A stretch of DNA of 64,000 nt from Verrucomicrobiaceae bacterium (GCA_027490195.1 JAIXYN010000006.1:6930-70929), one strand, 5' to 3'. Positions 38,738 to 48,874 are shown, counted from the stretch's first letter. Numbers and translations are program-made. The notes: generated from the sequence alone by a model not told the origin.

Positions 38738-41113
38738 TTACTGAGCCTGCGGCTTCGTGCCAGCCTGTGCTTTGTCTTCGGTTTTGGCCGCCGTGGTGGG
38801 CTTGTGATCAAGCTCGAGAAGATCACGCATGATGTGGATGGTCTCCATTTTCACAGGCTCAATGCCATAGGGGAATTTGGACTCCTCATTGCCGCTGTCG
38901 TCATCCTTGGATGCCGTGCGCATGCCAGAGTTCATTTCCTTGCTGAAAGCAGACTCAGGCACGAGGTCAGGCTTGTCCACGTTGTCCAGTGTGAGGTGGT
39001 AGGTCTTGAAGCCGTTGTCTTTGATGCGCTCAGCGACCTCCTTAACGCGCTTGGCGCGTTCATCGACCTGCTTATCGCGGCGGGCTTCGGTGTCGATGCG
39101 TTCCTTCTCACGCTCCTGCAGGTTCAAAGAGACGGTGTTGCGGTCGATCTTTTCCTTCAGGCGGTTGGACTCCTCGACCACGTTTTGGAACTCAGGACTG
39201 GCGGCGACGCGGCTCTTCACACGTGAGTTGATCTCATCGATCGGAAACGCGTCTTTGCGGAAGAGAGGGTATTTACGCGGCGGGATCGTGTCGTAGGGCA
39301 GTGGGTTTTCAGCGGCAGATTCACCGATGTCTAGCACGTCGCGGATCGACGGCAGCGGGATGTCGGATTCGACACCTTTGAGCTGGGTGGAACCACCGGC
39401 GATGCGGTAGAACTTCTGGATCGTTACCTTGAGGTCGCCAGCGCCTTTTTTGTCGCTAAAGAAGGGCATGTAACGCTCCACCGGAAGGATGGTCTGCACC
39501 GTGCCTTTGCCAAAGGAGGACTTGTCCCCCACGATGAGCGCGCGGCGGTAGTCCTGCAGCGCTGCCGCCAAAATCTCCGAAGCCGAGGCACTGGCTTTGT
39601 TGATGAGAACGATCATTGGACCGTCATAGACAGGCTTCTCGTTTTCGCAGTCGCGCCAAGTGATGCTGCCACGCCAGTCCTTGGCCTGCACCACCGGACC
39701 GGCAGGAATGAAGAGACCGGTGAGCTTGATAGCTTCATCCAGAGAGCCGCCACCGTTATCGCGCAGGTCGAGCACAAGACCGTCGATTTTCTCCTTCATC
39801 AGACGACGCAGTAGGCGCTCCACATCAACACTCGTGCTGACCGTGTTGTTTTCCATGTCGGCATAGAAATTGGAGAGATTGATCCAGCCGACTTTGAGCG
39901 TTTTGCCAAGGTCCGGAGGAGTGACAAGGAGTTCGGCATTGGCGAGCTTCTCCTTCAGCGGCACTTCATCACGCACGATGGCGATGATACGATTGCCGGA
40001 GGGATCGTCAGCAGGGACGATCTTGATGCGGACCGTGGTGCTCTTTTCACCACGGATCATATCAACAATCTTCTGCAGCTTGAGATACTTCACATCAACG
40101 AAATCTTCGTCTCCCTGGGCGACGGCGATGATGCGGTCATTGAGCTTAAGTTCCCCCTGCTTGTCAGCCGGACCACCAACAACGATGCCCTGAATCTCAG
40201 CGCCATCATCCTTCTGGCCGAGCAAAGCGCCGATGCCAACGAGCTTGTGCTGCATGTGGATTTTGAAATTGTCGCTCTCATCCGTGCTCATGTACTCCGT
40301 GTGCGGGTCATAGGCAGTGGCCAGACTGGAAAGGAAGAAGTTCACCACGTCCTTGGTGTCGTTCTCGTCGATGCTCTCAAGCAGACGCGTGTAATCTTTG
40401 AGCACTCGCTCTTTCGGAGTCAGGTCCTTGTCGTCCTTTTCCTTCTTGGCGGCGACGACTTTGGCAGCATCTGCCGCCGGCTTGGGAGCTTCGACAACCT
40501 TCTTGTCCTCTTTCACGGTCTCAGGCTTGGCCTCAGCGGTGCCAGCTTTCTTGGCAGCAGCTTTTTCCGCCTTTTTCTTTTCATCGCGCTGACGGGTTTC
40601 ATCCGCAATGCGCTCTGCCAGAAGATTGTCTTCGATGATTTCGAGCCACAGCTTGTCCTGGGCGGCTTTGTCCTTCGGCCATGGTGCCTTATCGCGCTTG
40701 ATCTCAATGGTGCTCTTCGTGTCGAAGGTGAACTTGTTGTTCTCCAGCGCCTTCTTGAGGAAGTCCACGCGCTCCTTCACGCGCTCCTTGTAGATGTCGT
40801 AGATCTCGATGGCAGGGCTGATGTTCCGCATCAGCACATGGTCGTCGAGCGTCGTCTCATACTTGTCCTTGAAGCCCGCGACATCCTGCTCGGTGAAGAA
40901 GATATGCTTGAAGTCGAGCATGTTCAGGTAGTTATGCAGCATCTCGCCGGAAACCTTGTCGTCGAAGTCCTGCTTCGAGTAGTGGTGGTTTTGCAGCATG
41001 TAGGCGACGTGCATGGCCACCTGGCCAAAATTGGTCTCCGCTTGCGCCGAGGGGATAAGAAGCGCGAGGGCGGAAGCCGCAGCGGCCACAGGGGTGAGTA
41101 AAAAGCGAGTCAT
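38738..41113 (-). CDS. prc: Tail-specific C-terminal protease (S41) with PDZ domain
   Basis: DPHTEY, GIGALL PDZ, LDLRDNGGGSL, SASASEI, GKGTVQ, TIQKFYR. Confidence 0.93.
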   Translation of the reverse strand: MTRFLLTPVAAAASALALLIPSAQAETNFGQVAMHVAYMLQNHHYSKQDFDDKVSGEMLHNYLNMLDFKHIFFTEQDVAGFKDKYETTLDDHVLMRNISPAIEIYDIYKERVKERVDFLKKALENNKFTFDTKSTIEIKRDKAPWPKDKAAQDKLWLEIIEDNLLAERIADETRQRDEKKKAEKAAAKKAGTAEAKPETVKEDKKVVEAPKPAADAAKVVAAKKEKDDKDLTPKERVLKDYTRLLESIDENDTKDVVNFFLSSLATAYDPHTEYMSTDESDNFKIHMQHKLVGIGALLGQKDDGAEIQGIVVGGPADKQGELKLNDRIIAVAQGDEDFVDVKYLKLQKIVDMIRGEKSTTVRIKIVPADDPSGNRIIAIVRDEVPLKEKLANAELLVTPPDLGKTLKVGWINLSNFYADMENNTVSTSVDVERLLRRLMKEKIDGLVLDLRDNGGGSLDEAIKLTGLFIPAGPVVQAKDWRGSITWRDCENEKPVYDGPMIVLINKASASASEILAAALQDYRRALIVGDKSSFGKGTVQTILPVERYMPFFSDKKGAGDLKVTIQKFYRIAGGSTQLKGVESDIPLPSIRDVLDIGESAAENPLPYDTIPPRKYPLFRKDAFPIDEINSRVKSRVAASPEFQNVVEESNRLKEKIDRNTVSLNLQEREKERIDTEARRDKQVDERAKRVKEVAERIKDNGFKTYHLTLDNVDKPDLVPESAFSKEMNSGMRTASKDDDSGNEESKFPYGIEPVKMETIHIMRDLLELDHKPTTAAKTEDKAQAGTKPQAQ

Positions 41114-41220
41114 GGTGGGGGTCGTCCAGATCTATAACGAACCTCGCGGCACGTTTTGCGTTCAGATTTTGCCTTTTCTGTGTTGAAATGTCCAACGCTT
41201 TCCCGTCTTTCGCCTTCTCC

Positions 41221-41838
41221 ATGCCTCAAATCTCCACCTACACCGGCGGTATCGCCGCCACAAACGGCTACCTGCTCACCCTGCCCAGCGGCACCCTCCT
41301 TGTGGATGCGCCGGATGGAATCGCCGCCTGGCTTAAGAAGCAAAATGTGAAGGTGGACGTCCTCTTCCTCACCCATCAGCACTTTGACCACGTCCTGGAT
41401 GTCGCCGCTTTGCAGGCTGAGCACGGCTGCCGGGTTTACTCATTTGCCCCCTATTCACGCGAGCTGACTCTGGAGATCCTCTACGGTGCCGTCACAGGCA
41501 GCCCCTTCTCCGTCCCCCCATTTGTGGTGGATGAGGTTCTCGAAGGTCAAGGCCAGATCGAAGTCCTTGGCGAAGCTTGGAAGCTCTACCACGTGCCCGG
41601 CCATTCTCCAGACAGCCTCTGCTTCCACCTTCCCTCTCAGAATCTGCTCTTCGGAGGCGACGTGCTCTTTCTCGACGGCGTCGGCCGCACCGACTTCCCC
41701 AACGGTTCCGGTGCGCTGCTGCTCAGCGGCATCATCAAAAAACTCTTTGTCCTGCCTGATGACACCCGCGTCTTTCCGGGTCATGGCGACGACACCACCA
41801 TCGGCCGTGAACGCCTCGAAAACCCCTTCCTCACTTGA
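41221..41838 (+). CDS. Metallo-beta-lactamase-fold hydrolase (glyoxalase II-like)
   Basis: THQHFDH, PGHSPDS, GDVLF, GRTDF, PGHG. Confidence 0.9.
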   Translation: MPQISTYTGGIAATNGYLLTLPSGTLLVDAPDGIAAWLKKQNVKVDVLFLTHQHFDHVLDVAALQAEHGCRVYSFAPYSRELTLEILYGAVTGSPFSVPPFVVDEVLEGQGQIEVLGEAWKLYHVPGHSPDSLCFHLPSQNLLFGGDVLFLDGVGRTDFPNGSGALLLSGIIKKLFVLPDDTRVFPGHGDDTTIGRERLENPFLT

Positions 41839-41862
41839 TCGGCCATTCCGGCTCCGTCTCCC

Positions 41863-41890
41863 TTCATTCTGATTTCGTCATTCGTCATTT
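41863..41890 (-). repeat. AATGACGAA-type intergenic repeat, half copy
   Basis: Minus strand AAATGACGAATGACGAAATCAGAATGAA; same motif at 52711 and 62483. Confidence 0.7.
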
Positions 41891-41896
41891 CCTCCA

Positions 41897-42967
41897 ATGC
41901 CCCGTTCCCTTCATGACCTGACCTTTGACCAGCTGCGCGAGGAGATCGTGGCCGCAGGTCTGCGTCCGGCACATGCGGGCACGCTCTGGAACACCTTGCA
42001 TTTCAAGGCGATGGCAGATCCCCTCGCCCGCGAGGATCTCCTCCCGCCCCTGCGCAAGTGGCTCACTCAGGTGCTCAGCGACGGCTCATGGATGCTCGAC
42101 GTACCCCCGGTCTCATTAGACACCGCGAGCAGCGATGGTTTGACTCACAAATTCCTCCTCCGCATGGCCGATGCGCAGGAGATCGAGACCGTCATCATGG
42201 GCTACACCGGCCGCCACACCGCCTGCGTCAGCACCCAGGCGGGCTGCGCCATGGGCTGTGTCTTCTGCGCCACCGGCCAGATGGGTTTCGTGCGGCATCT
42301 GCGCCCCGGCGAAATCGTGGCCCAGGTGCTGCATGCGCAGCGCAGTGTGCGTGCCAATGGCGGCAAGGGACTGCGCAATCTCGTGTTCATGGGCATGGGC
42401 GAGCCCCTGCACAACTACGATGCCGTGATGACCGCCCTCGACATCATCTGCGACACCCGGGGGCTGAACATTGGCCCCAGCAAGATCAGCGTTTCCACCG
42501 TCGGCGTGGTGCCCGGCATCCTGCGCATGGCGGCGGAAAAGCGCCCCTACAATCTCGCCGTCAGCCTGCACGCCGCCACCGAGGAAGAGCGCGCCAAACT
42601 GATCCCCGCCAACCAGCGCTGGCCGCTGTCCGATCTCATCGCCGCCTGCCGCAGCTACAATGCGCAGACCGGCCGCCGCATCTTCTTCGCCTGGACCCTG
42701 ATCCAAGGCGTCAACGACACCCCCGAGCATGCCCGGTTGATCGCCGAACTGCTCCAGGGCCTGGACGCCCACATCAATCTCATCCCGCTCAATCAAACGG
42801 ATGGCTACGATGGCAGCGAAAGCAGTGACAGCGCCGCAGACATCTTCCACCGCATCCTTCAAGATGCAGGCTTCCCCTGCACCATTCGTCAGCGCCGCGG
42901 CATTGATGTCGCCGCAGGCTGCGGCCAGCTCAAGGCCGCAAAAAGTGTCCGGCGCAAGGCGGCTTAA
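41897..42967 (+). CDS. rlmN: 23S rRNA (A2503) C2-methyltransferase, radical SAM
   Basis: CVSTQAGCAMGCVFC, MGMGEPLHN, SLHA, AGCGQL. Confidence 0.93.
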   Translation: MPRSLHDLTFDQLREEIVAAGLRPAHAGTLWNTLHFKAMADPLAREDLLPPLRKWLTQVLSDGSWMLDVPPVSLDTASSDGLTHKFLLRMADAQEIETVIMGYTGRHTACVSTQAGCAMGCVFCATGQMGFVRHLRPGEIVAQVLHAQRSVRANGGKGLRNLVFMGMGEPLHNYDAVMTALDIICDTRGLNIGPSKISVSTVGVVPGILRMAAEKRPYNLAVSLHAATEEERAKLIPANQRWPLSDLIAACRSYNAQTGRRIFFAWTLIQGVNDTPEHARLIAELLQGLDAHINLIPLNQTDGYDGSESSDSAADIFHRILQDAGFPCTIRQRRGIDVAAGCGQLKAAKSVRRKAA

Positions 42968-43077
42968 GGGTCCCCATGCCATTGCATGAACTTCCCGTGA
43001 ACGCCGCGTGAATTCATCTTCATAAATCGCGCACCACTTGCCGTGATCGCTCGATGGGGCGTATCGTTGCTTCAGCC

Positions 43078-43728
43078 ATGTCCAACCGTATCTTCCTGCT
43101 GAACCTTTTCGCCTGCCTGTGGTGCTGCATCATTCTGAACTTCCGCTTTCAGCTCTCGGGTCATCATTACTACGCCTTCATGCTGTGGAATCTCTTCCTG
43201 GCAGCCATCCCACTAGGCCTCAGCCTCGGCCTGCGCCAGATCAATCGCCTCGTGCTGGCAGTGCCTCTGCTCGCGGTCTGGCTGCTGTTCTTTCCCAATG
43301 CGCCCTACGTCCTCACCGACCTGATGCATCTCAATGAACACAACGCTCATGTCCCCAAGTGGCTCGATCTCCTCATGCTGCTCTCCTTTGGCTTCGTCGC
43401 GCTGTGGTTCGGCTTTCAGTCCCTCCATATCGTCCAGCATTGGTTTGCACTGAAGTTTTCCCATGCCACCGCTTGGTGCGTCACCGTGGGGTCACTCGGC
43501 CTGAGCGGGTTCGGTGTTTACCTCGGCCGCTTTGACCGCTGGAACAGCTGGGACCTCCTCCACCGGCCCGTCTCACTGCTCAGCCGCATCGCCTCCTACA
43601 TTCTTCATCCCATGGCCCACACCCACACCTGGGGCTTCACCCTTGGCTTTGGCACCCTGCTCATCCTCTCCTACCTCTTCTGGTTTTCGTCAGTGCAAAC
43701 CGCTCAGGACAGTCGTAAGCTCGACTAG
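43078..43728 (+). CDS. DUF1361 family membrane protein
   Basis: WNLFLAAIP, WLLFFPNAPYVLTDLMHL, GVYLGRFDRWNSWD. Confidence 0.88.
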   Translation: MSNRIFLLNLFACLWCCIILNFRFQLSGHHYYAFMLWNLFLAAIPLGLSLGLRQINRLVLAVPLLAVWLLFFPNAPYVLTDLMHLNEHNAHVPKWLDLLMLLSFGFVALWFGFQSLHIVQHWFALKFSHATAWCVTVGSLGLSGFGVYLGRFDRWNSWDLLHRPVSLLSRIASYILHPMAHTHTWGFTLGFGTLLILSYLFWFSSVQTAQDSRKLD

Positions 43729-43730
43729 CC

Positions 43731-44150
43731 GTGCCTCACTACGATTCCAGCCGCGACCACCTCATGCTCTTTGATGGCATCTGCCATCTCTGCAATGGGA
43801 GCGTGCGCTTCATCGTGAAGCGCGATCCTCAGGGCAAGATCAAATTTGCGCCCATTCAAAGTCCCTTGGGCAGCGCGCTCTACGCACAGCACGGCCTCGA
43901 TCCCACAGCACCCAGCGCCATGCTTTTCATCACACCGCGCGGCGCATTCCAAGCCAGCGAAGCAGCCCTCGAAATCGCCCGCACGCTCGGCGGCATGTGG
44001 AAATTCGCGCTCGTTTTCAAACTCCTGCCCCGTGCCCTGCGCGACGCCGCCTACTACATCATCGCCCGCAACCGCTACCGCTGGTTTGGCAAAGATGAGT
44101 CCTGCATGATGCCGACAAAAGAATTGTCCGACAGATTAGTAGAGACATGA
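43731..44150 (+). CDS. DCC1/DUF393 thiol-disulfide oxidoreductase-like protein
   Basis: FDGICHLCNGSV, FAPIQS, RDAAY..IARNRYRWFGK..SC. Confidence 0.9.
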   Translation: MPHYDSSRDHLMLFDGICHLCNGSVRFIVKRDPQGKIKFAPIQSPLGSALYAQHGLDPTAPSAMLFITPRGAFQASEAALEIARTLGGMWKFALVFKLLPRALRDAAYYIIARNRYRWFGKDESCMMPTKELSDRLVET

Positions 44151-44557
44151 ACATGGTCGTCGCCACCCTTGAAGTCATCGCCGCCGAGCGGGCCAACACG
44201 CACTTCGACAAGGCTTTTGGAATGGTCGATGCGTTGCTGAAAGCATACGGCGAAAGTGATCTTGCAACGCGGTTGTGGGAGGACATACCGTCATCGACTC
44301 CAGTGGAAACAGTTTCAGATCTATACGGAATACTGGTTTGGAGCACCCCTGACAATGGCCACGCGCTCACCCAGGCCACCGATTCGTGGCTCACTGAATG
44401 TGCATGTGAAAGAAAATGCCATGTGGCCTTGAACCTCGACACCTATCCCTTTGCAACCTACCAAGAAATGCGTGACCGCCTGGCTGGCGTCGCGACGGCT
44501 TGGCCAAGGTTGGAACAACATTGTCAAAGGTTGCTTGCTGAACGTCCAAAGGACTGA
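44147..44557 (+). CDS. Orphan hypothetical protein, AT-richer than its flanks
   Basis: 136-aa ORF; its ATG overlaps the DCC1 stop (ATGA). Confidence 0.7.
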   Translation: MNMVVATLEVIAAERANTHFDKAFGMVDALLKAYGESDLATRLWEDIPSSTPVETVSDLYGILVWSTPDNGHALTQATDSWLTECACERKCHVALNLDTYPFATYQEMRDRLAGVATAWPRLEQHCQRLLAERPKD

Positions 44558-44584
44558 AAAGACCTCGATAATCCACCCCCGGCC

Positions 44585-44619
44585 TCCCCGCACTTACTCC
44601 CCGCACTTACTCCTCGCAC
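44585..44619. repeat. 13-bp tandem repeat upstream of nadE
   Basis: TCCCCGCACTTAC twice plus a partial TCCTCGCAC. Confidence 0.75.
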
Positions 44620-44648
44620 ACCCCAAACCCTCCGTGCTAGGTTCCACC

Positions 44649-46601
44649 ATGCCGCAAGCAGCCCCTACCCCGACCACCACCCGCGAACGTCTTGGCTTTG
44701 TACGCGTCGCTGCCGTGTCCCCGGAACTGGTCTTGGGAGATGTGGCAAAGAATGTCGCGATCCTCGACCGTGAAGCACGAACGCTGGCGCAGCGCGGCTG
44801 CCGCTTGATCGTGTTCCCGGAGCTGAGTCTCACCGGCTACTCCTGCGCGGATCTGTTTCACACCACCGCCCTGCTGGATGCGAGCGTGAAAGGCCTAGCC
44901 GAACTGGTGCAAGCAACCAGAGACCTTCCCTGCGTGATTGTCGTGGGTCTTCCGCTGCGAGTTCAAGACCGCCTCTACAACATGGCGGCGGTGCTTGCCA
45001 AAGGGCGCCTGCTCGGACTAGTGCCGAAGACTTTCCTGCCCAACTCCTCCGAGTTCTACGAGCGCCGCTGGTTCTCGCCCTCGCACACCCTGAACGTCTC
45101 AACGCTGCGCTTGAACGACCAGGACGTGGCCATCGGCGCAGAGCTGCTTTTTGAGGTGCTGGATGTGCCGGGCTTCGTCCTCGGCGTTGAGATCTGCGAG
45201 GACTTGTGGACGGTAATTCCGCCTTCCTGCCATCTCTCGCTCGCAGGAGCAACACTGCTGGCCAATCCATCCGCCAGCACGGAAGTCCTCGGCAAGGCCC
45301 CCTACCGCCGCCATCTCGTGGCGCAGCAGGCAGCACGCTGTCTGGCAGCCTATGTGTATGCCGGAGCAGGCCCGGGTGAATCGACCACGGACGTGGTTTA
45401 TTCGGGGCACTGCATGGTGGCAGAAAATGGTGTCCTCCTCGGTGAATCCGAACGCTTCTCGTTTGAGACGCGCGCTGTGGTCACCGATGTCGATCTGCAC
45501 CATCTGGCACATGACCGCCTGAAGAGTTCATCATTTCGCGATGAAGCCGGCAGCATCGGCTTCCGGCGCGTTGCCTTCAGTCTCGGCGCTGCCCTCGGTG
45601 GCGCGGACACCCTGCTGCGCTCCATTTCAGCGCATCCCTTTGTGCCCTCAGCCAAAGTGGATCGTGCAGCGGTGTGCGAGGAAATTTTCGCCATCCAGGC
45701 CACCGGCCTCGCCCGCAGGTTGAAACAGGCACGCGCCAAAACCGCAGTCCTCGGACTCTCCGGCGGACTCGACTCCACCCTGGCGCTGCTGGTCATGCTG
45801 GAAGCCTTGAAACGTGCAGGCATGCCAACGACCGCCGCGCTGACAGTCACCATGCCCGGCTTTGGCACCACAACACGCACGAAGGGCAATGCCGAGCAAC
45901 TCGCCGAGGCGCTGAACATCGAACTGCGCTCCATTTCCATCAACGACGCCGTGCATCAGCACTTCGCCGACATCGGTCATTCGGCCACTCAGCACGATGC
46001 TACTTACGAGAACTCGCAGGCTCGCGAGCGCACGCAGATCCTCATGGACCTCGCCAACAAGACCGGCGGCATCGTCGTCGGCACGGGAGACCTTTCCGAA
46101 GCCGCACTCGGCTGGTGCACCTTCAATGGCGACCACATGTCCATGTATCACGTGAACTCTGGCGTGCCGAAGACGCTGGTGCGCTACCTCATCGAATGGT
46201 GCGCCGCCGGCCCGTTTGCCGAGAAAGCGGGTGCAATCCTGCTGGACATCGCCGACACACCCATCTCCCCCGAGCTCCTGCCGCTCGCCGCCGATGAATC
46301 GCTTCAGCAGAAGACCGAAGACACCGTCGGGCCGTATGAGTTGCATGACTTCTTCCTGTTTCACTTCGTGCGGCATGGCTGCAACGCAGAAAAAATCCGC
46401 TGGCTGGCCGCCCAAGCTTTTGCGGGCAAATACGACGACGAAACCATCGCCAAATGGCTCGCCCTTTTCTTCAAACGCTTCGCCCAAAACCAGTTCAAGC
46501 GCTCCAGCGTTCCGGACGGCCCCAAGGTCGGCTCCGTGGCCCTCTCACCACGTGGCGACTGGCGCATGCCGAGCGACTACGCCGGTGATTTAAACTCCTG
46601 A
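44649..46601 (+). CDS. nadE: Glutamine-dependent NAD+ synthetase
   Basis: Nitrilase domain (FPELSLTGY, KTFLPN, EICEDLW) plus LSGGLDS, YENSQARER, TPISPELLP. Confidence 0.96.
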   Translation: MPQAAPTPTTTRERLGFVRVAAVSPELVLGDVAKNVAILDREARTLAQRGCRLIVFPELSLTGYSCADLFHTTALLDASVKGLAELVQATRDLPCVIVVGLPLRVQDRLYNMAAVLAKGRLLGLVPKTFLPNSSEFYERRWFSPSHTLNVSTLRLNDQDVAIGAELLFEVLDVPGFVLGVEICEDLWTVIPPSCHLSLAGATLLANPSASTEVLGKAPYRRHLVAQQAARCLAAYVYAGAGPGESTTDVVYSGHCMVAENGVLLGESERFSFETRAVVTDVDLHHLAHDRLKSSSFRDEAGSIGFRRVAFSLGAALGGADTLLRSISAHPFVPSAKVDRAAVCEEIFAIQATGLARRLKQARAKTAVLGLSGGLDSTLALLVMLEALKRAGMPTTAALTVTMPGFGTTTRTKGNAEQLAEALNIELRSISINDAVHQHFADIGHSATQHDATYENSQARERTQILMDLANKTGGIVVGTGDLSEAALGWCTFNGDHMSMYHVNSGVPKTLVRYLIEWCAAGPFAEKAGAILLDIADTPISPELLPLAADESLQQKTEDTVGPYELHDFFLFHFVRHGCNAEKIRWLAAQAFAGKYDDETIAKWLALFFKRFAQNQFKRSSVPDGPKVGSVALSPRGDWRMPSDYAGDLNS

Positions 46602-46609
46602 TTATTCCC

Positions 46610-47386
46610 ATGCTTCGATACCTCGCCCTCAGCCTGCTTCTCACCCTGTGCGCCTGCACGCGCAGCAACAAGCTCATCATCGGCACCGACGCCACCTACC
46701 CGCCCTTTGAATTCGTCGATGCCAAAGGCCAGATCAGCGGCGTGGACATCGAGGTGGGGCGCGAGATCGGCAAGGCGCTCGGGCGCGAGGTGGAATTCCG
46801 CAACATCAACTTCGACGGCCTCATCACTGCGCTGCGCACCGGCTCCATCGACCTCGTGCTTTCGTCCATGACCGCCACGCCGGAGCGACGCCAATCCATC
46901 GATTTCTCCGAGCCGTATGTGAAAACGGGCCTGGCCGTTCTGGTCTCCGCGAGCTCAGCCGTTCAAAGCGCCGCCGATCTTAAGGCTCCTGGCCGCAAGA
47001 TCGTCGTCCGCCTCGGCACCACCGGTGAAACCTGGGCGCGGGAAAATCTCAAGGACGCCAAAATCATCGCCCTGGACGCAGATGTGTCCTGCGTGATGGA
47101 AGTGGTCAACTCAAGCGTCGATGCGTGGATCTACGATCAGCTCTCCATCATCAACCATCACGCCAAGCACCCTGAAAAGACGCGACCCCTACTCTCTCCG
47201 CTGCGTGAGGAAGTCTGGGCCGTGGGCCTGAAGAAGGGCAATGAGGAACTGAAGACCAAGGTCAACGAAGTCCTCTCTCGCATGCGCAGCGACGGCAGCT
47301 TCACCCAACTGGCCGAGCGCTTCATGGCCAAGGAGAAAGCCATGATGAACGCGCAGGGCCTGCCGTTTGTGTTTGAGTTGAAGTGA
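46610..47386 (+). CDS. Polar amino-acid ABC substrate-binding lipoprotein (family 3)
   Basis: Lipobox LCAC, GTDATYPPFE, GVDIE, SMTATPER...DFSEPY. Confidence 0.92.
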   Translation: MLRYLALSLLLTLCACTRSNKLIIGTDATYPPFEFVDAKGQISGVDIEVGREIGKALGREVEFRNINFDGLITALRTGSIDLVLSSMTATPERRQSIDFSEPYVKTGLAVLVSASSAVQSAADLKAPGRKIVVRLGTTGETWARENLKDAKIIALDADVSCVMEVVNSSVDAWIYDQLSIINHHAKHPEKTRPLLSPLREEVWAVGLKKGNEELKTKVNEVLSRMRSDGSFTQLAERFMAKEKAMMNAQGLPFVFELK

Positions 47387-47397
47387 TCTGGATGAGA

Positions 47398-47637
47398 TTA
47401 CACTGAGGCCAGTTCAATATCACGAGTAATGCGCACAGATGGATCTGGCAGCGCCTCTCCCAGTTCTTGACGGTGCGCCACTTCATCACGCAGGATCCCG
47501 CACAACTCGGCATAGACTTGTTCGTCGTTCGTGCCGTGACAGACACCACCCACGTAGAGATCTGGACAGTAGCCAATGTAAAGCTGATCCTCCTCCGACC
47601 AGCGGACGAAGTGATGATAGCGGTCTGCGGCTTTCAT
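47398..47637 (-). CDS. hicB: HicB-like antitoxin (short)
   Basis: VRWSEEDQLYIGYCPDL...CHG, RNase H-like HicB N-domain; downstream of hicA. Confidence 0.8.
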   Translation of the reverse strand: MKAADRYHHFVRWSEEDQLYIGYCPDLYVGGVCHGTNDEQVYAELCGILRDEVAHRQELGEALPDPSVRITRDIELASV

Positions 47638-47650
47638 ATAGGGCAATAAA

Positions 47651-47851
47651 TCACTTCTTGAGGGTTTGCGCAATCGCACTGGCAACCTGTTTCTCCTGAT
47701 AACGATGAGCATCATCCCCTTCAGCACCACTGAGGGAGATGATTCCCGGAAAGGCGTGATGCTTGAACTGCCGATGGGAACCCTTCTGCCGGTCGAGTTC
47801 AAAACCCGCCCGGTTCAGATCACTGATAAGCTGGCGGATTTTGCGTGGCAT
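47651..47851 (-). CDS. hicA: HicA mRNA interferase toxin
   Basis: LNRAGF...QKGSHRQFKH motif with the catalytic His. Confidence 0.9.
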   Translation of the reverse strand: MPRKIRQLISDLNRAGFELDRQKGSHRQFKHHAFPGIISLSGAEGDDAHRYQEKQVASAIAQTLKK

Positions 47852-47875
47852 GACACGAGAACCGGAAAAAACTCT

Positions 47876-48874
47876 TCACTTCGCCAGTTCAAAGCCCTCC
47901 GGCCTGAGTCCCTTTTGGAACCCCCCGAAGCCGTACATCGTGGGCTGATAGTCGCCGACGATGGACACATCGGCCTTCTCAGGCACTTCCTGTCCGAGGC
48001 CCCAGAAAACACCATTCACAACGAGACGGCGCAGCCCTTCGTTGGTGAGGTCGGTGGCGGCGCCCATGGTGGTGGCGAGGATTTTGTTTTCGGTGCCTGC
48101 GTCATTCTTCACCGTGCGCAGCCAGGCCACGGGCATCATGGGTGTGTTCACCTCCTGCTCCACCTTGGCAGCAGTGGCCTTCCTGTAGCTGGCGGGTGGC
48201 GTATCAGCAGTCATGCCTTGAAGAATCTGCCCACGGGCCAGAATAACGGCATCGGCAGGTGGCGCAGCTTCATAGACATCGGTGTTGCCAAACAGATCGC
48301 TCACACCGCGCAGCACGGCATGGTTTGCATTCGCAGCTTCAATGATGCCTTTGGTGGCTTCAAACTTGTGCTTGCCCCAGTGGCTCACCCAGGTCTCGCC
48401 GAGAAACTTCTTGCCCCAGCCGCCCGTGGCATTGTTCCAGTTCCAAGCGGCAAACGGGCTGTCCTTGGCGTAGCCGCTGAAGGCATGGGTGCTGGTGCGC
48501 AGGGCGATGATCGGCACGCCACGGTTCACGGCGGCTTCAAACTTCTTGCTGGTGGCCGCATCCCAGTGGCGGAAGCGCAGCAGCATCACGATGGCATCGG
48601 CGGAATCCAGCGCCTCAGGATGGCTCAGGCTGGCACCGTTAGTGGGGACGATCGTGCCGTCCTCGCCGAGGCTGAAGAGCACCGTGCATTTGAAGCCGTG
48701 GCGCTGGCTGAGGATCTTGCCAAGCATGGGCATGGACTCCTCGCTGCGGTACTCCTCGTCACCGGAAAGGAGCACGATGTGCTTTCCTTTCGCCGCACCG
48801 GCAGGTTCATAGACAACGTGGTCGGCGGCCATCAGGCCGGAGGCAGCAAGCAAAGAGAGGAGAAATTGTTTCAT
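47876..48874 (-). CDS. ThuA-like (class I glutamine amidotransferase-fold) exported protein
   Basis: HIVLLSGDEEYRSEE, GVPIIALRTSTHAF, MPVAW, TTMGAA; signal peptide. Confidence 0.8.
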   Translation of the reverse strand: MKQFLLSLLAASGLMAADHVVYEPAGAAKGKHIVLLSGDEEYRSEESMPMLGKILSQRHGFKCTVLFSLGEDGTIVPTNGASLSHPEALDSADAIVMLLRFRHWDAATSKKFEAAVNRGVPIIALRTSTHAFSGYAKDSPFAAWNWNNATGGWGKKFLGETWVSHWGKHKFEATKGIIEAANANHAVLRGVSDLFGNTDVYEAAPPADAVILARGQILQGMTADTPPASYRKATAAKVEQEVNTPMMPVAWLRTVKNDAGTENKILATTMGAATDLTNEGLRRLVVNGVFWGLGQEVPEKADVSIVGDYQPTMYGFGGFQKGLRPEGFELAK

